Source: Eledone cirrhosa | Taxonomy: Eukaryota | DNA length: 64,000 nt | Direction: 5' to 3' | NCBI GenBank assembly: GCA_964016885.1 | Contig: OZ024747.1 | Location: forward strand, 30,504,001-30,568,000 | Shown here: positions 37,036 to 50,368 of the stretch, in pieces | Position numbering within the stretch: the stretch's first letter is position 1 | Layout: each line of letters opens with the position of its first letter | Notes under the pieces: model-generated | Databases searched by the model: none | What the model was told of the DNA's origin: nothing | The model's input: the letters and a program-made list of their open reading frames with translations, nothing else | Made by a program: the position numbers and the translations under genes

Positions 37036-40000
37036 CACACACACACATATATATATATTAGAAGGATCCGTTGGAGGGCCTACCACTACAACAACAGGAG
37101 GCCCCCGGGATCTAATGACAATTCCACCAACCACATGAAAAAACTATTCAAATCGACGAAAAACCCACTGCACAACCTAGAGGAGTTTGAGGATAGGATC
37201 ATTACCATGGTGTGGACTATTAAATTCAGAAAACCACTGCAAAACCCTGACAGAAGTGCATTCCTGTCTAGGCTCGCATCTACTGTAAAAAAGGTCAGGA
37301 ATAGTCCTGGCATCATCGTACCGACCAATAAAACAGGAAACATCTACAATTTGGAGTACAAAACCTACAAGAAATGTATTACAAACGAAATAGCTCAAAT
37401 ATACAAAACATCAACATGGGAAAACCTAGCACATAAACAAACAGGCGAAAACAATAATGACGGAACTGAGCATTGATGACAGGACTCAACCCTACAACCC
37501 TAGACACCGAGGCTATCTATTAAAGACCATAAACCGGACTTTCAGTCCAAACTACCGGTCAGACTCATAGCTCCCTCTAAATCAGACCTAGGTAGACTAA
37601 GCAAATCTATCATTGACCGGGTTATAACAGAACTTAAAAATTGAACTAAACTCAGCCTCTGGTCATGTACAAAAGAGGTAATCAACTGGTTTTGCGGCAT
37701 TGAAACTAAATCGAATGTTCGATTAGTCCAAATGGACATTGCAAACTACACTATTTCCCCAATCATCCTTAACAAGGCACTGATCTCAGCCATGAACAGA
37801 TCAAGCCTCACTAGAAAGGAGGTGGACATCATAATAGTAGCTAGGAAAACTTTACTAGAATTTGATGGTAAATTGTGGGAAGGACAGAATAGACCAGATA
37901 GTTTTGACATTACTATGGGATTGACTGACTCCGTGCAGGTTACCGACATAGTAGGCCTATACCTCCTAAATATATTAACAGATGAGATCCCCTCCTTGGG
38001 TGGTGGCTTATACCGTGGTGATGCCCTACTCATGACCCGAGGACTCAATAATAGCCAATTAGATAGACTACACAAACAACTTAGATATATCTTTAAGACC
38101 CAAGGATTAGCGGTAGAAATAGAACCTAACAGTGGGACAGTAAACTTTTTAGATGTCACTCTGGAATTGGACACAGGTATCTACCATCCATACCACAAAC
38201 CTAATGAAAACCTTAAATACGTCAACAGACATTCCAACCACCCTAGGAGCATAATTAACTCAATAGTTAAAAGCGTTTCCTATAGAGTGTCCACCCTGTC
38301 GGCAAATAGAACTATCTTCAACCAGCACGCGGAATACTATAACTCCGCACTTGAAATGGCTGGGTACAATGAGAAGATATCTTACAATGACCCAACTAGA
38401 ACCGTAATGCCGCTAAACCTAAAACAAATAATAACCTAAGACCCTCTTTAGCCGGCAGAGCAGGCAGTGTTACACACAACTGCCAAGGAGATAAAGCTAT
38501 ACTCTCCAACCCCAATAAGGACTCTGATTATAGCAGGCGTTTACGTAGTAATAGAGACAAGAGACATAACTCCAAAAGAATACTAGGTACCCCTATAACA
38601 AATACGCCTGACCAAAACACACCCACGCAACCATCAAACCACAACAACCACACTAAACACTGTAAAGCCTGAAGTAGATCTGTCACATGGTACATGTATT
38701 CTATACATGTTGCCATCAATATACTGGTAACCTTCTTCAGGGCTCTGAACAATCCTTTCCACACACACATAAATACCACAAGCTCTTCAATAGACACACT
38801 GTAAAATTCTCTTTCTCCACAGCACCAAATCTAGGCCACACGATAGCACACACTAATAGGACAAAGATATGCAAACACATAGTTGCCCCACAACAAACCA
38901 CTACCACAACGAAACCACATACACAACACAACACAACAACCCACATGCTAGCTCCACACAGCATACGACCAGCCGACAACGTGCTACCACACCAGTAACC
39001 CCCAACTGCAACTGCAAAAAACGGGTAGAATTCCCACCAAACGGGGAGTGCCTCGTTAAAAACATTATTTACTGGTGTGATGTTACAGTTGGCAATAAAG
39101 AGTACTCCTATATAGGTGCGACCTCCATTACGTTTAAGGAGCGCTGGTATAACCATAGAAGCTCCTTTAAACATAGGCTGAAACGATCCCAAACTAGACT
39201 GGCCGATTTGATCTGGGACCTCAGAGACAGGAACATCGTATTCCAGATCATATGGTCAGTCAAAAGACGCATGGCCCAACTCCCCAACGACAGAAACCAC
39301 TGCAGGTTATGCCTGGCTGAGGCGGCTGAGATAATTAAATTAAAATCTGCCATAAACTATAGGTCGGACATAATTATCAATTGTAAACACACCAGGTTGA
39401 ACACCTTCTCTGCACAAACATTCGGCCGAGGGCCACACACTAACCCTGACTCAACATAATAATAACCACCTTTGCCTTGCCTCACCGTCCCTCATCTCAG
39501 TGCATTTGTTTTATAACATGTAACTCTTTGTAAGTTCAAATTTTGTAATTATCATGTCGCATTCACCACCCCATCATCAGACACATCGCCATACAGCCCT
39601 CATCTTAGTACCATTGTGTTCTATCTGTCCTCTCTGTCAGGTTTTACCTTGTAAACCATAGTAGCATCCAATCCTGTAAATATAATATCAATCATATCAC
39701 CCCATCGCCACCACCGCCACTACCACCACACACATCGCTATATGTTTACCATCCCACACCCACAACCTTGTTTCCCCGTGTTCCCTCTGTCATTTTTTAA
39801 CCTACAATCCTTCGTAAAATTCGATCCTGTAAATATACTGTCACACACACCACCACCGCCACCACTAGATACATCTCCATACTTCAACAATCATTAACAT
39901 CATTAACATCACCCCCCCCCTAAACAACGCAAGTGTGTGTGTCTGTGTGTAAGTATATTTATATGTACAACGCCATCTCCATTGGCTCTCCCCCTCTCTC

Positions 40001-40084
40001 TATGTACTACGCCATCTCCACTGGCTCCCCCCTCTCTATATACATATATATATATATATGTATAACTCTCTTCATACTCACTTT

Positions 40085-40120
40085 TCTCCTGATGAAGGGC
40101 TTATGCCTGAAACGTCGTTC
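40085..40120 (+). ncRNA. Minimal hammerhead motif
   Basis: CTGATGA-AG-GGC(TTAT)GCC-T-GAAAC-GTC. Stem I is not evident. Confidence 0.45.
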
Positions 40121-40603
40121 CCCACCCCCCCACTCTCAAAAGTGTGAACCTAATAAACTCATATTTGTACTGCCTCTCTGTTTTTGTTCCTGTCTAAGAT
40201 TTAACTATATATATACACATGTGTATGCATACAACGTTTTTGTCAGACTAAGTGTGTCTATGTATGTATCTCATTATTGAATTGGACACCACCAACACAT
40301 CAACCACACCACCATAAACACCATTACCATAAACAACAACACCACATCCACACCACACACAAAAATCAGCCACAAATATATGCCAATCTGTCTACCGACA
40401 ATCCCCACCACAGACACACACCACCGCCCACCCCTGGCTGCGACCATCACCACCATCTTATCATCATATCCACCCCCACATGCACTACAGGCAAAAACAT
40501 GCCTATGATCTATTCCACCAATCAAAACAAACTTTATTGATCAATATATGAACTTCTGACTTTATCATATAGCATGTATTCATTTTCTACTAGCATTTTA
40601 AGG

Positions 40604-40688
40604 GGTCCGTCGAGCTGCAGATTACAGAGTCGGGTAAGATCGATACAGATCAAACCTTGAGCTGATCAGTGGCGAAACGCGCGTCACC
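40604..40688 (+). ncRNA. Atypical hammerhead motif (core CCGUCGA, long stem II)
   Basis: GGT-CCGTCGA-GCTGC...GTGGC-GAAAC-GCGC-GTC-ACC, then AATAAA at 40693. Confidence 0.55.
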
Positions 40689-40844
40689 AACCAATAAATG
40701 TAATGAAGGAGTAACCAATCGTCCTTGTTATATTTTCACTATATTACACTCTGTATAGCTCTACACGTCAACACAGAAGTGAACCTAAACATCGAGTGCT
40801 CACCCAGGTGAACCTACAGTAACTCCAAGTTACACCCCCTGGAT

Positions 40845-41185
40845 ATCATCATCATTTCATTTTACGTCCCCTTTTTCCCTGCTTGCAAGGGTGAGACGGG
40901 AACTGATTCTGGCTTGATTTCTACAGTTGAATGCCCTTCCTAACACCAACCTCATTTACAGTGAGTGCTGGGTGCTTTTTCTGCCGTGGCACCTCCACGA
41001 CCACTTTACAGTGGAATGATAGTGACCCCAGTCCCTATCATCTCATTTCTACAGCTGAGTAAACTGGAGCAATGTGAAATAAAATGTCTTGCTCAAGGAA
41101 ACAACACATCACCCAGTCTGAGAATTGAACTCACAACCTTTCGATTGCAAGGCCAATGCTTTAACCACTAAGCCATGTGCCTCCC
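40845..41185 (-). mobile_element. SINE family B
   Basis: Reverse complement of 36712-37035 with a complete tRNA-like head. Confidence 0.85.
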
Positions 41186-41196
41186 ATAAGAATAAG

Positions 41197-41595
41197 TATG
41201 ACCCCGACGGCAGAGCTCAAGCCGTTTCGACGGCTATTTCTGGTCCAGAAATAGCCGTCGAAACGGCTTGAGCTTTCTCACTCTACTACCCTAAGTATTG
41301 AGTACTCTGGTGCGTTATGGTTCATCTGGTTCCTTACCACAATTCCTTTGTTATATATATATATATATATAATGAAGGAGTTGTGGTAAGGAACCAGATG
41401 GACCATAACTCAATACTTAGGGTAGTAGAGTGGGTAATAGGAAAATGTATGACCCCGACAGCAGAGCTCAAGCCCTTTCGATGGCTATTTCTGGACTAAA
41501 TTACAATTTTTTTTAACACGCTAAAAATTGTAATTTAGTCCAGAAATAGCCGTTGAAACGGCTTGAGCACTGCCATCGGGGTCATACATTTTCCT
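41197..41595. repeat. Nested palindromes around (TA)n
   Basis: Hairpins at 41214-41274 and 41438-41595. An inverted repeat 41279-41352/41371-41432 surrounds (TA)n. Confidence 0.85.
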
Positions 41596-42436
41596 ATATA
41601 TATACATATATATAAATATACACACACACACATATATATATTCCCGTCCCACCCTTGCAAGCAGGGAAAAGCGGACGTAAAATGATGATGATGATGATGA
41701 TGATGCATACATTCATACACATGAATATATATATATGTGTGTGTGTGTGTGTGTCTGTTTGTTCAAACTTGCTAGCAGGGAAGAAAAATGTTAAATACAT
41801 ACACATATATTATAAGGAATATTTCCCAGTATCAGGAGAACAGGCTTGAGTATTTTGATTACATATGCAGTTATTGAATTAATGGTGGTGAGTAGGTACA
41901 GTTTTTAAAGTGTCACATAAAATACTTTGCTGTATTTGTTCCAGTTCTCTGCATTCTCACTTCAAATCTTGCTTAAGTTAACTTGTTCTCTCATCCTTTT
42001 AGAGTCAGTTATGGGATCTATTCTTCTCTCTCTTTCCCACTGGAAGAAATTGGCTATGATCAGTCATGAAGATGGATGGTCTCTACTGGGTTTTAAATGG
42101 CCAGGACATAACCCTGTATCAGAATGACATCCAAGAAGAGGGATGGCCTCCACTGGGTTTAAAATGTCCACAACATAGCCCTATATTAGAATTGAGGACC
42201 TAATGTAAAGCAAAGCAAGTTAAGAAATTAAAATTTAAAGCACTTTTAATTTATTTATTTACAAATTATTATTTTTTTTTTTGGGGGGGGGGGGGGGGTA
42301 TTTTAATATATCAATAATTTGAAGTTGTCAAGGGTTTAATGTAATCTTTTCCAACTTGATTTTTGAAAAAATATAGTACAGGATAAAATCATTAAAAAAT
42401 ATACTACAAGACTAAAATCTCCATGAGTACAAAATA

Positions 42437-42472
<36 letters not shown>

Positions 42473-42939
42473 CACAGTTGGAACAGTATAAATGGATTTG
42501 AAATGAAAATCCCAAGAGAAAAAAGAAACTAATGATACAGAAAAAATATTTTGCTTTAAGGTTAAACATTTGCTTAAAGAGCTAAAGATAGAAGTATTTT
42601 CGATTTATTAGCAAGATATACAGCAGGGATTCTGAAGCGTGCATGAAATATTCTGCAGAAAAAAAATCTTCTGTTATAAAATTTAACCTAGAATCAACAA
42701 ACTTTTCTTTCTCCAAATATTTAGGAAATTAAAATCAAGTCAGTCATCAGAGCCATGATGAACCAGCCATGTGACACACATAGCAAGCATCTATTAGAAA
42801 ACCTACATATTTAGTTGATGTCATGTTTCTTTGAATACTATTTTACACAGATATTATTTCAACAATTTCAAAGCACCAGAATTTATATTACAAAGTTAAC
42901 GGCTCTTAGATAAAGGATATTTTAACAAAATATCAAAAT

Positions 42940-42978
<39 letters not shown>

Positions 42979-43909
42979 TTCGTTTAACGTCCATTTTCCA
43001 CGCTAGCATGGGTTAGACGGAAATATATTTTTAAAATAAGTGGAATAACAATATACGCAGTGAATATTTAATATCTTGCTAAATGGAGTGATTTCATTCT
43101 AATTGTTAGTAATATATTTGGGAAGGGCATGAAAACCATCAATCTGCAGCTTGTTTTCTTATAAATCTTTGCAACACTATAAGAATTTATTTTGTTTTAC
43201 TTTTTCAAGTAATTACAACATAGATCTGGTTGGAACAAAACAGTTTTTGGTGCTTGTCAAATTAGTATATTATAGCAATACAGTTAGCTGAAACAAACTA
43301 GATAGGTGATTGTTGTAAAATATCAATACAGTTTTATAGAGATAGCAACATCTATTGAGTGTTTCTACAAGTTTTAATCATCAGCCCCATCATCATAATT
43401 ACCAAGCCCCAAACGACAACACCACAAATACTAACATCATTATCAACTTCATTCTCCTTTTTGTCATCGTCATGATTATCTATTACAAGAGATATAAATA
43501 AGATAACAGATTATGATTTCTGAAGTTTTATCAATAGAACAAATGTACACAAAAATTACAATTCCTCTAATACGAACAGTACATCATATAGATATGATAA
43601 TTTGATTATATCAAATCACTGTTGAGAATGATAGTTTCCATAGTCTGAGTAAAGATAACAGAATGACAGAGATAAATGACAGAAGTAATAAAAACCAAAT
43701 GCCTTAGTGGCTTCCAAAGATGTGAGTAAAGTGAAAATAGAAAGCATATGTTTTGTAATAAATACAGCAGTATGAACAGAAGAACAAAGTATTTTAGTCT
43801 ATAATGCACTTTTTTCATAGTTTTCCAGCTGATTGTTTAGATTTAAAAGGAATAAAAATAACAGAAAAATAAAAGATAAAAAAATGAAAATAATATTAAC
43901 CATACTCAC

Positions 43910-44032
43910 ATTGTGCAGCTTCTGTACTTTCGTCTGAGTTATCTTTTGTCCCACAATTTGGAAGATTATTACACTTTAACTGTGGTGCAATGCAGTACCC
44001 ATTATTAACACACTTGAAGCCATCACATTTTC
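43910..44032 (-). CDS. Host-gene internal exon encoding an LDL-receptor class A domain (CUB/LDLa, NETO-like architecture possible)
   Basis: KCDGFKCVNNGYCIAPQLKCNNLPNCGTKDNSDE. Acceptor TTTACAG, donor GTGAGT, 123 bp, phase 1-1. Confidence 0.85.
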
Positions 44033-44384
44033 CTGTAAAGACACAACACCAAAGATTTATATAGCAGGCAAATAAGAAATTAAACATACTTAGCAGGTAA
44101 GAAATAGTTTTGCTAAAAGTGTATTAACACACTTAAAGCCATCACGCTTTCATGTAAAGATTACCACACCAAAGATTTATATATCAGGTTATCATACTTA
44201 GCAACTAAGCAATAGTTTTGTTAAAATTGTATTCTGACAATGACATGCAGAAAAAAATGTTATCTGAAAACAATGAACTTATAAGAGTTAAATAGAGTAT
44301 ATATTTAAAAGAACAAATAACGTTGCATGACAGTCGTTGGAAGTTCCCACTAAATAAGTAAAAATAAGGAAAGTGTTGTGTACA

Positions 44385-45220
44385 AAGATGCTGAATATGG
44401 TTAGCACTGACTGCAGAGGACTTGCATAAGCTGGGGAGAAATGAAACTACCATGCTTCGTAGGAGAGAAAGGCACAGCCTGGATAAACTCAGGGAGAAAG
44501 TGGTTTTAAGAGTAAACCGAAGTGGGACACAGGAGAGAAGACTGATTTGGCTCGGACATGTGATGTGCATGGACAAAGATCGCAGGGTGAAGAAGTGCCA
44601 GAAAACCCCAGTGGTTGGAAGATGCTGTAGAGATAGACCAAGGAAGACCTGGGCAGAGATGGTGAGAGCAGATCTCCAATTGCTGAGACTCACAGAGGAG
44701 ATGATGAAGGAGCACGATGAGTGGAGAGATGATTTGCTGAAAAGGACCCACCCAACGCACGTGAGCATGGAGAAACAGATATAAAAACAATAAATAAAAT
44801 AAAATAAGGATCAGTTGATGAATGAGGAGAATGTGTTGGACAAAGAATGGTAAACTAACGTGAGGTCAGCAAAAGAACTGGCTGTTGAGGTTGACTGCTA
44901 AATAGTAAAAAGGAAATTTAAGGATATAAAAGCAGAGAATCATCAAGTCTTTGAAGTATAATTGCAGAGACATTAAAAATATCTAATGGAGTAAAACACA
45001 TGCTGGTTCCTTCCCCACATCCTCTATTACATAGCACTGTTATCCCTAATGACTGGAATAGCAATAGTATTTATTGTCAACTACTATAAATGTAAAGGAG
45101 ATGCTTTAGAAAGAGGTAACTCCAGGGGCATTGAACTGATGGGTCAAGTCATGAAAGTAACAAGGTAAGTTATAGCGAAGCTAATCAGGGAATGAAGTAG
45201 ATTAAATGAGATGCCATTTT
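44385..45220 (+). mobile_element. Two RTE LINE remnants
   Basis: ERRLIWLGHVM..RPRKTW (44385-44790) and a degenerate YK.KGDALER.N.RGI segment (44810-45220). Confidence 0.75.
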
Positions 45221-45924
45221 AAGTTTTATATATGTTTTGCAGCAGTAATTTCTTAGTGAGTAAACAAGAAGGTTACTCTTATTGAGAATATTACCCCTCT
45301 CTGAACAATGGTGACAGTTATCCAAAAAGAAGAACATGTCAACATCATTGGTTGCCATGAAGTCACAGGTTTTACATCAGAGTTTTCCTTCTCCCTGTGG
45401 ATACATACATACATACATACACACATATATACATACATGCATACATAGATACCCCCGCCCCATATACATACATGCATACAAGTACGCATACATATGTACA
45501 TACATATATACATACATGCATGCATACATACATGAAGGCTGCCCCCTCGATATCTAGTATGGCCATTGCATAATATAACATTATTAATAATTATCAATTA
45601 ATGCTATCGTGCAATACCTGTGTGTGAAGATTTTTTTAAATTGAGGAAAGACTGTGCACTGAGCCAATCCCACTCTCTGAGCGACAGTAGCTATAACCTG
45701 AAAAGAAGAAAAGATCAACATATCTAAGATGCCAGGAGTAAGACAACTTGTTAGTGAAAAACTAAAAAGAAAACATTTGCCCTCAGTTCATCAAAGAAAA
45801 TAATTTTACTTGTGAGGGATTTTAAGTGAATTAATGAAGATCAATACAGCACCTGCTTTAGAATTTTGTATCTGTTAAATATAATTCCACTCTTTATATT
45901 TCGTTGTTTATCTTATATTCTAAA

Positions 45925-46100
45925 TATTGTTTCTACTTTTGGCACAAGGCCAGCGATTACCCCAGTGCACCACTGGTACTTTATTTTATCGACCTCGTAA
46001 GGATGAAAGTCAAAGTTAACCTCGGCGGATTTGAACTCAGAATGCAAAGGGCCATAACTATGCTGCAAAACATGGTGTCTGACGCTCTACCGATACTGAC
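45925..46100 (-). mobile_element. SINE family A
   Basis: Reverse-complement match. Confidence 0.8.
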
Positions 46101-46499
46101 ATTACTTTAAAGGAGTTACATGTCTATGACATAAATACAAGATATATACTCTCCAATACCACATAATAGAGGGTAAGGTGGAATAAGCGGAGGGTGGAGG
46201 TGGAAAATCAGTAATTTTTCTAGGTTGTCTCCATTGATTTTTAAAAAATCAGAATTAATCGTTTAGTTTACATATTGAGACCCCTACCCACCCTATTCAT
46301 TTTATAACGTATGGGATTTCTAATAATGTTCTTTTTTTTGTCATGTTTAATGTTTTTTAATGTTTAAAGAAAATTAATTGTTGCAGGAATGCTACCACTT
46401 AAAAGAAAACTTTTCCAGAGATAGAAAAGCAAAATTTGATTAGCAAGGGAGGGGGTGGAGATAAGAGCAGGGGGTTGGAAAACATCTGAAAAATCAATA

Positions 46500-46750
46500 A
46501 GCAGAGAGTGGAGGACTATCCAAGACCTGAAAGTGCCGGGCTGAGGTGGGCAAACTCTCCAAGTACCGGTCGCTCTCTTCAGGTTTGCGGTCGTACCCTT
46601 GGCAGTGGAGACTTCTGGTGTCCGTGGCCCTAGGGCTATTTGCCTACTCACCAACATAGGCTCTTCCAGCACATCTCCCTTACCATCCTCCGGGGAAATG
46701 CCTACTCCATTCTGTCCGTTGGGGGCTGTGGGGAGGCCAGCATGTGGGAC
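46500..46750 (+). mobile_element. CRE-type non-LTR retrotransposon C-terminal (RLE) fragment
   Basis: PLAVETSGVRG..A and LFQHISLTILRGNAYSILS resemble the F.P.A.ET.G / QR.S..LQRGNA end of CRE elements. Confidence 0.6.
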
Positions 46751-48519
46751 CCCATTTGCTCACCATATAGAGAGATGGGGAGGGCAAGAGAAATGGAGGC
46801 GATGACAGTGGGAGTTCGGCTCTTCCATGTTAGGACCATATCCTTGTGGTTGTGTTTATTATCTATATAGAAAATTATTTTTTTCCCTTCTTATATTTAA
46901 AATTTGATACACTAGCTATTAAATATACCATAATTATCACAGCTGTCTAACTAGAAAGTCAGTTTATTACTGTTATGGTATATTGTTGTTCCGTTGTTGA
47001 AATTGGAAATGCTGTTCTCTTCTTATGACGATTATGAAACCAAAAATGTTGAATAATTAACATCTTTCCTCATTCTTTTATTTTACTGAACTGAAAGATG
47101 CAACTGGTTACAAACGAAAGAAAAGAAGAATATAAAACCAATAAAATCACCCAAAAAACTCTGTGTGTGTGAGAGATGTACTCTTGCTAAAGCTTAGGTT
47201 TTCAGCATTCATTTATTTAGTATTTCGCATAATAAAACAATATTCTTTAAATATGTGTACACACACATATGTATATAGCTAAATATACAAACACATGCAT
47301 ACATATGTATTGAGGCATGTACACATACACACATATATATATATGTAGGCATGTACACACACACGTATAGGCACACATACGTTAAACTGTAATGATGATG
47401 ATGATGATGATAGGCATGTACACATGTATAGGCATATATACATATATATAGGCACTACACACATTTGTACATATGTGTTTGTATATGTACCTATATACAT
47501 ATTTAAAGAAACAATATGTTGACTAATTTTCAAGATAACACCAAGTCTATTATTGTTTGCTATTGAAGACGTTTTCTAACACAATTCTGTTCCTGTTTTT
47601 CTGTTGTTTTAAATATTGAAATGCTACAAAGTACTACATAGTCTCCACCAGCAACTGTTATTTGGCTGGAAGCTATCTTAATTATCTTGCACATAGATAT
47701 AGAATGACGAAGATACGGAAAATGATTAATGAAAATTCAATTCCTTTAAAATGGTGAATTGAATTCAAAATCTCATTACAGATAATTAACATACATGCTA
47801 AGAGTTTTCAAAGACTTGTTAAGAACTTAATAAGTTACAAGGACAACATTTTACTTACTTAACCTATGCCCTTGAAGCACATATTGAGCCAATTAAATCT
47901 ATGAGACCTTTCATATATAAAGAAAAATGGAGTTTTCTCTTTAACATATAGCAAATTTGTTTTAAATGTTTTGATACCAATTTACTTGAAATCACCCCTG
48001 CTTCATCAATATAAAACTGTTGAAGTGTTTATATTTATCAAAATTCTATGTAAGAAAAACCTTTGTTAAGTTATGTTCCAAACACCAACTTATCAATGAG
48101 AAAACTAGCTATATTATTAAATGATTAAATCATATTTGTTTTGAAAATGGTTTAAAAATCACAGGTATATAATTCATCAAATTATCAAAACAAAAATATT
48201 AAAGGAAAGCTGAATTTTAACTCTAGAATATTGATGGTTGTCGTCATCATCATCATCTCTTTTCCCCGCTACCAATGATTGACTGTTATAATTGTCAAGC
48301 TGATAACAACAACAAAGGCACAAACTTCAAGTCAGCTTCCTATTATAATCTTCTACGAAGAGTTTTTAGACCTGTAATATTAGGACTGATAAATAAAATT
48401 ACAGGTAACATACCAACATTTTTGTTGGTTTTGATTTATTCCAAACTCTACTGTTCATTTTGCATTGTCATAGCCTTCAAATAACATACTGTTTTATTTT
48501 ATTTCCTTTTTTAAAGACC

Positions 48520-48830
48520 CCCTTCAATCACGAATGTCCATGTTTTTGCACCCAGAAAGTTACCCTTCAAGGCACAGGCCTGAGCAAAGTGTATTTGTAG
48601 AAGACCAAGTCTCCCTTCACTTTCACTATGCCACTGATGTTGTCCAAGGGAAAGGCAATGACCAATACAGCCTGGCACCAGTGATGTCACAACTCATTTC
48701 TACAGCTGAGTGAACTAGAACAACAAGAAATAAAGTGCCTTGCTCAAAAATACAATGCACCATCCAGTCTGGGATTTGAACTCACAGCCTGATGACTGTG
48801 AGTTTAACGATCTAACCACTAAACCACACA
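48520..48830 (-). mobile_element. SINE family B-related copy
   Basis: CATTTCTACAGCTGAGTGAACT..GAAATAAAGTG.CTTGCTCAA and a tRNA-like head in reverse. Confidence 0.7.
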
Positions 48831-49261
48831 CTACTAAGAGCCAATTGAATAAGTGGTTCTATCTTTGCTGAAAGAAATAACAGAACATTTTATATATATG
48901 CTAAATTACTGTTTTAGTCTTAAGTCATAACCTATTCTTTTTTCCATATGAAATTTTAGATACTGTGTCAGCAGACAGTTTCAAATTTGAATGTGGATGA
49001 AATTTTGTTCATTAGTGATTATATATAAATAATACAGAACATCTTATCCAACAGTTTACTGATTCTGTCATTCACTATCATTAACTATGAGAGTATCAAT
49101 AAAAACAACAGTTGCAACAACAACAATTTCATTCATTTTTTTTCACAAAGGGAGATAGATGAGATGACATTCCCAAAACAGTGAGTTTTCACAGAATTCA
49201 TAATATAATTACAAAAAGTTGACACCCTTCATGAAACCAAGTGCATCATTTGAAATAATTA

Positions 49262-49372
49262 TAATTATTTCTACTTTTGGCACAAGGCCAGCAATTACCC
49301 AGTGCATTACTGGTACTTTATTTTATCGACCCCGTAAGGAAGAAAGGCAAAGTTAACCTCGGCGGGATTTGA
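49262..49372 (-). mobile_element. SINE family A, 5'-truncated
   Basis: Reverse-complement match, flanked by a TTTGAAATAATTATAAT duplication. Confidence 0.8.
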
Positions 49373-50368
49373 AATAATTATAATAAAAGACAATTTGTTC
49401 TAACGACTGAGAAGAGGACAGCTGCTAAGTAACGATTGGTGATTCTATCATAAGTTTTGGTGTAGTACTTCAATAAGGTGGCAAATTGGCAGAGTTGTTA
49501 GAATGTCAGATAGAATGCTTTGTGTTATTCATTCTGGGTTTCTGCACTGAGTTCAAATCCTGCAGTGGTCAACATTGCCTTTCATCCATTCACGATCAAT
49601 ATAAAAAGTACCAGTCCAATACTGGAGTTGATTATTCATCCATATCTCTTTCTCGCTTCATTTTTCTCACTCTCTATCCCTCTTAAGAAGAAATAGGCTG
49701 TGTTCAGACCTGGAGAGGAAATGGGCCCTGCCAGATTTTAAAATGCCCCAGAAATACTGTATGTCAATATGGCGCCCCTATGACTCACTTGGGGTTTACG
49801 GGTTCATATATACTTAACAACAACTGGGTTATTTGTAACTGAAGTTCATATTTAACTGTAACTTATCAGTTTTACATGATCCAGTTAACACAGAGGGGAT
49901 ACAAAAGTCACCAGTATGTCTGGTGAGTAAAGATTGACATCCAATTAAAGGATTGCATGTTTCAAATAATGGAAACATCATAAAATGAAAAAAATATCCC
50001 AAATGCTTTGAGTTAATGATAATAATGAACAAAAAAAACAAAGTATAAAGGGCAGAACTTAAATTGTTTAATCTAAATGAAATAAAGATTAGATCACTTC
50101 AGGAAAATATATTTATATATATATATATTATATAAAACTTTGTTTTTGCAACACTGTGTTATTTCTTCAACTGGAGTTAAATGTCTTGTCTTTAATGCGT
50201 AGAAATATCCATGATCCCCAGCAGACAACTGACAAAGAACACCTTATCCAGCAACTACACAGCTCCTGTTTCTTCTTAATTTATATTTTTATATATATAT
50301 ATAAATATATATCATCATAATATAATCAACAATATATATGTAAAACATGACATAACACACAATATATA

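Larger units (their letters stand above)
37060..40845 (+). mobile_element. Penelope-like element 3 (Naiad-type), degenerate, with long 3' region
   Basis: NKTGNIY, KDHKPDF..K..VRLI.P.KSDLG, FDITMG, GGLYRGD, FLDVTL, CNC...GECL..NIIY..YIGAT..FKERWYNHRSSF..CRLCLAE..CKH. Starts at (TA)n. Confidence 0.88.

Noticed and set aside
37060-39459. Selenocysteine-recoded Naiad ORF
   Set aside because: Conserved Cys positions use TGC/TGT, and the stops and frameshifts look like random decay. No SECIS was recognised.
45618-45697. Candidate minus-strand exon (TTTTCAG...GTATTG)
   Set aside because: Open only in phase 0-2, which is incompatible with the phase-1 LDLa exon, and no recognisable domain. It could still be a UTR exon.
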